From NCBI RefSeq assembly GCF_009914755.1, contig NC_060937.1: 64,000 nucleotides of DNA. One strand, 5' to 3'. Below the pieces are notes generated by a model that was not told the origin of the DNA, did not search any database, and was given only the letters and a program-made list of their open reading frames with translations. The position numbers were made by a program, and so were the translations under genes. Origin of the DNA: the human T2T-CHM13v2.0 reference genome, Homo sapiens. Of this stretch, positions 54,503-64,000 are shown one piece after another; the stretch's first letter is position 1; every line of letters begins with the position of its first letter.

Positions 54503-54790
54503 CAGTTGAGCATCCCTCATCTGAAAACCCAAAATCCAAAATTTTCTAAAATTTCTAAAACACCTGACTTCTTGTGATGGGTCACAAAAATTACTAAGAA
54601 TGTTGCATAAAATTACCTTCAGGCTACCTGTATAGAGTGTATATGAAACATCAATGAATTTCATGTTTAGATTTGGGTCCCATGCCCACGATATCTCATT
54701 ATGTATATGCAAATATTCCAAAATCCTAAAATATCTGAAGTCTGAAACATGTCTGGTCCTGAGCATTTTGTGTAAAGAATACTCAACTTG
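54503..54790. mobile_element. Tigger4/Zombi (MER46)-type DNA transposon inside an L1ME remnant (about 54400-55640)
   Basis: cagttgagcatccc...aaattaccttcaggcta...gatactcaac-like end (gaatactcaacttg). Confidence 0.85.
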
Positions 54791-55151
54791 TGCAGGTAAA
54801 AGTGTGTAGGGGAAAAGGAACTCATACATGTACTGCTGGGAATGTAAGTCAGTGCAACATGATAACAATTATCCACATGGATACCCTTTGACCAATACTA
54901 GTTCCCCTGTAGGAATTTATCTTACAGATCTGCTCACTGAAGTGTGCAAATATATAGGTAAAAGTATTTTTGTAGCTCTGCTAACAATAGTGAAAATTCT
55001 GTCAATAAGGGAATGGTGAAATAAATTACATCTACAAAGTAGAATATTATGCAGTTCTTAAAAAAGACATAGTATATATAAATCTCTGTTGTGGAAAGAC
55101 TTTTTTTATATGCTTCATGATCTTATTGGTGCAACAAGAACACAAATGCAA

Positions 55152-55447
55152 GCTGGGCATGGTGGCTCATGCCTGTAATCCTAGCACTTTGGGAGGTGGA
55201 GGCAGGCAGATTGCTTGAGCCCAGGAGTTCAAGACCAGCCTGGCCAACATAACGAAATCCTGTCTCTACAAAAAATACAAAAATTAGCTGGGTGTGGTGG
55301 CACATGTTTGTAGTCCCAGCTACTCAGAAGGCTGAGGTGAGAAGGTCACCTGAGGCCAGAAGGTCGAGGCTGCAGTGAGCTGATATTGTGCCACTGCACT
55401 CCAGACCGGGCAAGAGTGAGACCCTGTCTCAAAAGACAAATAAAAAA
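55152..55447 (+). mobile_element. AluJ
   Basis: J-type dimer. Confidence 0.92.
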
Positions 55448-55893
55448 CAAGTGCACACACACATTTGCATATGCACAGAAGCTGTGAAGACCATACACTG
55501 AACCACTGCCATCTTTGGGTAGTGGGACTGAAAGGCATGGTGAAATTGATGACTTTAAGGTTTTACTTTACTAACTGCAGATTTGTTTTTCATGTTTAGG
55601 ATGAGCTTAAATTGCTACTATAATTTTAAAAATTAAAATGAATGATGGCATCCCCTGTGACAGGTGCCCCGAGCCTGCTGATTAAAGCTAATGAAAGAAA
55701 AGAGAACAAGGCCTCAACTGAAATAATGAATCTATCAAGAATAAAAAAAGAGGGTATGTATTCACACAGAAACCCTAGGCACAGTGGCTATTCATTGCTA
55801 CAGGAATATTTAAAGATGTAGCGCACCCACGCTGGAAGTGGAACTCTCATAACAACCACTAACTACTCGGAACTGCTATGCTAGGTAACATAT

Positions 55894-55895
<2 letters not shown>

Positions 55896-55945
<50 letters not shown>
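55896..55945. repeat. (GT)25 microsatellite
   Basis: Perfect dinucleotide run. Confidence 0.98.
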
Positions 55946-55951
<6 letters not shown>

Positions 55952-55974
55952 CGAAATTTTTTTCCTGAATATGA

Positions 55975-56325
<351 letters not shown>

Positions 56326-56444
56326 ACATTTTACAAAACAGAAATCTAAAGTCCTTCATAATTCTACTTCCCAAAGATAGCCACGTTTATGGTATTATAG
56401 ATTTCTTTATGCATGTCCATAATCTATGTATTTTTAAAAAATCA

Positions 56445-56740
<296 letters not shown>

Positions 56741-56873
56741 TGGGGTCAGGATTTTGCAACTTGTTTTTTTTCCACTAAGCAGTGACGCAGATATCTTTCC
56801 ATATAAGTAGACCTAGGTATACTTCATTCTTTTAAATAGCTCCATAGTATTCCATTATATTGCTATGTCATAA

Positions 56874-57183
<310 letters not shown>

Positions 57184-57329
57184 CCTTATTAGCTTTTTAA
57201 TCTCCTTCCAGATGTTTGGTTTTATAAGACTGCAATCAACCATCCATGCATGTGAATCTGTGCACATGAGTACTTCCACAGATGAGCTCCTAGAAGTAGA
57301 ATACAGCTTGATTGGAGGTGACATATATT

Positions 57330-57500
57330 CTTTAAATCCTCATTACAACCCTATGAAATAGGTGTTATTTCCCCCACTTTTACAAAAGAGGCAATAGAGT
57401 ATCACAATAGCTTCATAACTTCACCTGTAAAGTAAGGGGCTGAACTAAGCTTCACACCCAGGTCCAGCTGAGCCCAAAACACGTATTTTTTCCACCATGA
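57330..57500 (-). mobile_element. MIR
   Basis: tttaaatcctcattacaaccctatgaaataggtgttatttccccc. Confidence 0.8.
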
Positions 57501-57711
57501 GACCCAGATTCACATGCAGCAGGGGAGACAGAAGGATTCAGCAGCAGTGGGCAGTGGGGCCAAGCAAAGGGCCCTGGAGCCAATGTACCATGCAGGGAGG
57601 CACTGGGATTGGAGCCTGGGGACATTTGTGAAACCACAGCCCAGAGACTTCACAGTCTGGTGCTGTTCTCCAATGTGGCTCAGTTAGGGCTTCTGGAGTT
57701 CTCATCTATAA

Positions 57712-58052
<341 letters not shown>

Positions 58053-58246
58053 CAAATTTTGGATTACATGACTCTCAGTAAGACCAATATTTGCCTTGTG
58101 ACACAGGTATACACATGTATAAAACTAAAACAGAAGTGTCATAAAATAATAATTCTATTAGCTAATTGCAATGTATTGTAAATTTTTCCCTTACATAATT
58201 TAAAAAAAAATCCCCAATTTGAAAATTCTGTAGTAAATCCTGGTAA

Positions 58247-58546
<300 letters not shown>

Positions 58547-59004
58547 TAAGACTATCTTTATCTCCCTAGGTTGGTGAACATGTGAAAAAGATGACCGTCC
58601 AAATTCCTCATTCTGATTCAAGTTCCTTCCTGAGCTGGTCCCATTTCCCCTGCTCACTCAGCCAGTTCAGTCACACTCCACGGCCCAGGCCAAACTCAGT
58701 CTCGTCTCTCACTTTAGCCTCCCATGGCTCCCTTCTTTGGGCGAAAGCTCTGCTCTACAAAAATGGATGCGAGCACAATATAATACCCTTCACGTTGGAC
58801 TTGTATAGCTTGATCATTAAAATGGTCATTTTTTTTTCCCCACACATATTTAAGGAGAGCCTTGTCAACTTTCCAAGGACTGCCCTTAAATTTTTAAATA
58901 TTCTTGTCATTCTTTTTGGAAGCACCTATTATGTTATCATCCTTATCTTACTCTTTTTTTCTATGTTGTTAATTAGTTTAACTCTAGCCTATGGTTCAAG
59001 CTGC

Positions 59005-59263
59005 TTTTTTTTTTTTTTTTTTTTGACACCATCTTTGCTCATTGCAACCTCCGCCTCCAGGTTCAAACTATTCTCCTGCCTCAGCCTCCCGAGCAGCTGG
59101 GATTATGGGCATGTGCCACCACATCAGTTAACTTTTGTACTTTTAGTAGAGATGGGGTTTCACCATGTTGGCTAGGCTGGTCTTGAACTCCTGGCCTCAG
59201 GTGATCTGCCCGCCCTGGCCTCCCAAAGTGCTAGGATTACAGGTTTGAGCCACCATGCCCAGC
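59005..59263 (-). mobile_element. AluS with deletion
   Basis: TSD gttcaagctg. Confidence 0.93.
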
Positions 59264-59988
59264 CAGTTCAAGCTGTTTTCTAACATCACTTTCAGAGGCT
59301 CCGTGACATTTTCCACCTTCTAGATTAGCATTTTCACTGTGCTATCCATTTGCTGTGCTTTAATGTATACAGCACTGGAGAGACTGTTCAATGACTTACA
59401 GATGCTAAGAGGCAAGAGATGCTTGAATGAGGACTAATTTCACAAGTCGGTATTAGATTATTTGTTAATCTTTTCTGCAGGGACTCTCATAATGAATCTT
59501 TGGATAAGGAGGGTCCTCTGTACAACCTTCCCCACTCAGCCTTTCTCTTTCTGCCCTATCACAGAATTGTAGCCTCTGTCTTGACAAGCCAGCCAGCAGC
59601 ACTTGATGGAGTTCATCCGAAGCTGTGCTTTGCCAGTACTTTGAAAAGGAGGGAACTTCAGTGTTTGCTTAGTTCATTCTCAAGTTTCTTGCCAAGATTT
59701 GGAAACAACAAAAATAGTTTTCATGAGAATGATTGAGAACTTCTGAAATTCAATATTTTGGGGAAAAAACTGTGTTTGCATATGTATGTATTGCTACTTT
59801 CTCTAAGCTGGAAAGATGATTGATACTAGTAACTCACAAAAAAGGTGAACATCTTTTCCTCCATGCTTCTCTTTACCATTTGAAATTCTGGAAGTTTCTA
59901 GGATTAATTGCTTCAGCAGGAAAACTGCAAAGATACCATGCTTATTGTATCTTACCATTCCACTTATTTGAATTAATGTGCACTTTTA

Positions 59989-60315
<327 letters not shown>

Positions 60316-60666
60316 TCACGATTAAGACAGGAATATAGGCAAAAGCTAAGCAACACACTCAAGTAATCTAAGTCCATTTTTGTAATTATTACCAATAACG
60401 TAATTCAGAAAATGGAAGCATATTTTAAATTTGATTTTCTTACCGTGTACACTACAGAACTAGATAAAAAATTAAAGTGTACTTAAAGGTTTCCTTCAGA
60501 AGGGATAGAAAAATGTTTTATTTTCTCAAATTAAATAGAAGTTACTGCAATAAACAATTCTGTGTTGCAGATTAACCAATTATTTTTCTCCTCATAGTGT
60601 TTTTAAAATTATCAAAACAACATATATGCATAGTATATAAAACATAATATTGACTTCCTATCATAG

Positions 60667-61044
<378 letters not shown>

Positions 61045-61419
61045 TAAATTAACATTCATATTATTCAACAACTGTGTAAATATTGTTCACTGTAGTGGAC
61101 CCTCATTGCATTTCCTTTCTTGACATCTTTTTGTTTTCCGGTAGCTAGTAATTATCTTTTTTGTTTCCATTTGCTTAGCTTTCTAGGTTCCTATCGCTAT
61201 TTGTCACCATACTCTCCAACAGAACTTTAAAACTCCTCTCGTACCACTTGGGCTACTGACTTCTTGGCAGCATCCTCGATCCTGCTCCACAGGGCCTGGA
61301 TTCATCTCCAAGCCCGCAGCTCTACAGCTGCTTCCAACCATCATTTTGGAAATTCTCTTCCCTTCTTCTCCGTTCCATGGGTCCTCTGTCTTCCCTGTTC
61401 GTATATTTGTGATGTCTTC

Positions 61420-62037
61420 TAGAAACTTCCTGAGAAAGGATGCACAGGCAGAAAATTTTTTGAGACTATGTTTTATGAAATGTCTTTATTTTACCTTCTC
61501 AGTTGATTGACAGTTTGGACATAATTTCCCCTTAGAATGTTACAGGCATTTCTCCTTTTTTGTTTAGTTCCCAGTAATACTTTTAAGAAGTCTTAAGTTA
61601 TTCTGTCTTGATCCTTTTATCTCCCCACCGTCACCCAGCCACAACCAAAGCTTTTTGCATCTCCTCTCTATCCCCATAAATTTCACTATGGTGTGTTTTG
61701 ATATGGAACTTAGAAAAACGTTGTTTTTACTGAAGTATAACATACAGAAGAGCACAAATCATTTTACAAAATGAACAAACATTTTGTGTAACTAATACCT
61801 AGATTAAGAAACAGTGCTACCAAGAGCCACTACCTGCTCCTCGTGAGAACTGCTATTGTAATTTCCAGTACCATAGATCAGATTGCCTGTTTTTGAATTT
61901 TTATAGAAATGAAATCATTGTAAAATGTGTATTTTTTAAAAAAAATGTACTCTTTTGCTCCTGGTCTCTTTCATTCACCATTAATTTTGTCTGATTCACC
62001 CACGTCGCTGCATGTGGTGGCAATTCATTCATTCTTG

Positions 62038-62090
<53 letters not shown>

Positions 62091-62215
62091 GATGTATCCA
62101 ATGTTAATGAGGATGGACTTGTGACTATTTCCATTCTGGGGATACTAGAGATAGGGCTGTCATAAATGTTTCTGTACACGCCCTCTGTTGAACAGATGTA
62201 GTTCTGTTGGACGGC
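61420..62215 (-). mobile_element. Old L1M (ME/MC) fragments
   Basis: aaatgtctttattttacctt...tgacagtttgg; actgaagtataacatacagaagagcacaaatc; ttgcctgtttttgaatttt. Confidence 0.65.
62041..62085. repeat. (AT)22 microsatellite
   Basis: Perfect dinucleotide run. Confidence 0.98.
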
Positions 62216-62836
62216 ATAAGACATTTTTCATTTTCAATCTGAATTCTTCCTTCAGTTTGGTGAAAATTGCTGGAATTAATTCTTTCGTGATTTCTCCCTT
62301 CTTCTCTTTTTTAAAATTTATTTTTTAACACAACATCAAGTTTCCTTTATCATCTATAATACAGTTATACCCAAACTTTCTAAGACCAAACAGACAGTCC
62401 CCTGCCCAGAGCAGGAAATTCCAATGAGCCCCTAAAGACACACAAAGGTGAATGTGGAAGATCATAGTTCCAGCTGCAGGTCACAAGTCTTCCATTCAAA
62501 CACTCCATGCTTTTCATTTCTGTTTGTTAAAGAAAGCGTCTTACAGGACGTTGTTGAAAATAATTTCATCCCAGACACCGGGTTTCTTCAATAATACACA
62601 GCTCCATGAAATCTGTGTTTCCATCCGACTGACAGGAATACAAAGTAATTTTTATTGTTTTATTTTAATTTTTTGGTGGTATAGAGAAGTAAAACTATCA
62701 GTCAGATTCCTTTAGTAATAAAGAAAAGGAGGGGAAAGAAAGCATTTGGGCTTTGCTGGATGCTGGTTTCTACTTGTCTGAGGGTATGACTTCAATAGTT
62801 AAATCACCCTGACACCACTGCAGTAACTAGTACTAG

Positions 62837-63676
<840 letters not shown>

Positions 63677-64000
63677 TGAGATGGCAGCTCCATCAGGCAT
63701 TCCAATTCACCCAGCCACTTATTCTCACAGAGGTGAGGGGAACAGGCATTAGGTTTTATTAGTCATGTTGTATTTGTAACCAGATGTGGCCTCGGCAGCT
63801 TATTTGAAGGCCATTGATCCTTTGAACACGTGTAGAGAAGCATGGCTGTCCTTCACTGACTGTCCATATCTGAGCATATTCAGCTACCATGGAAACTACG
63901 AAGGAAGGAAAAATATATTTACTCCAAAATTCATTTACTGGGAGTTTTAAGTGCCCTTTCTTCCACAGAGCCCCAGAGTAGTGCTAATGTGCTGGGGGCA

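Noticed and set aside
58582-59175. 197-aa ORF with a hydrophobic stretch
   Set aside because: It runs through T-rich sequence into an antisense Alu. No recognisable domain or exon structure.
63840-63900. REST/RE1-like ttcagctaccatggaaac and nearby ggacag half-sites
   Set aside because: Has an extra base and a mismatched right half; not a credible full RE1.

Overview
This is primate genomic DNA, human-like (AluY, AluS, AluJ, THE1D and L1PA elements are all present). It is non-coding (intergenic or deep intronic) and very Alu-dense: I count about 70 Alu or Alu-monomer copies, roughly 30% of the window. The rest includes MIR, L2, CR1/L3, old L1M fragments, MaLR LTRs (THE1D, MSTB, MSTC/D, MLT1) and DNA-transposon fossils (MER5A, MER102, Tigger4). 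I recognise no protein-coding exon, tRNA, rRNA, snRNA or CRISPR array. Most supplied ORFs are Alu, L1 or simple-repeat artefacts, and I cannot name the locus. I found no new multi-gene system. The most notable structures are: (1) a nested insertion stack, with a THE1D LTR inside an AluJ and, inside the LTR, both an L1PA fragment and a 1.17-kb polyadenylated, TSD-flanked retrocopy of an unidentified RNA 3' end; (2) a near-perfect 114-bp fold-back palindrome built from a MIR tail; (3) a template-switch hairpin inside an Alu; (4) a 26-bp tail-only Alu insertion with a 15-bp TSD; (5) a 108-bp tandem duplication; (6) a 400-bp homopyrimidine tract; (7) a CpG-enriched, Alu-poor candidate regulatory segment with a perfect NF-E2/MARE site nearby. 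Repeat subfamily calls come from remembered consensus sequences, and boundaries are approximate by about 10-30 bp.
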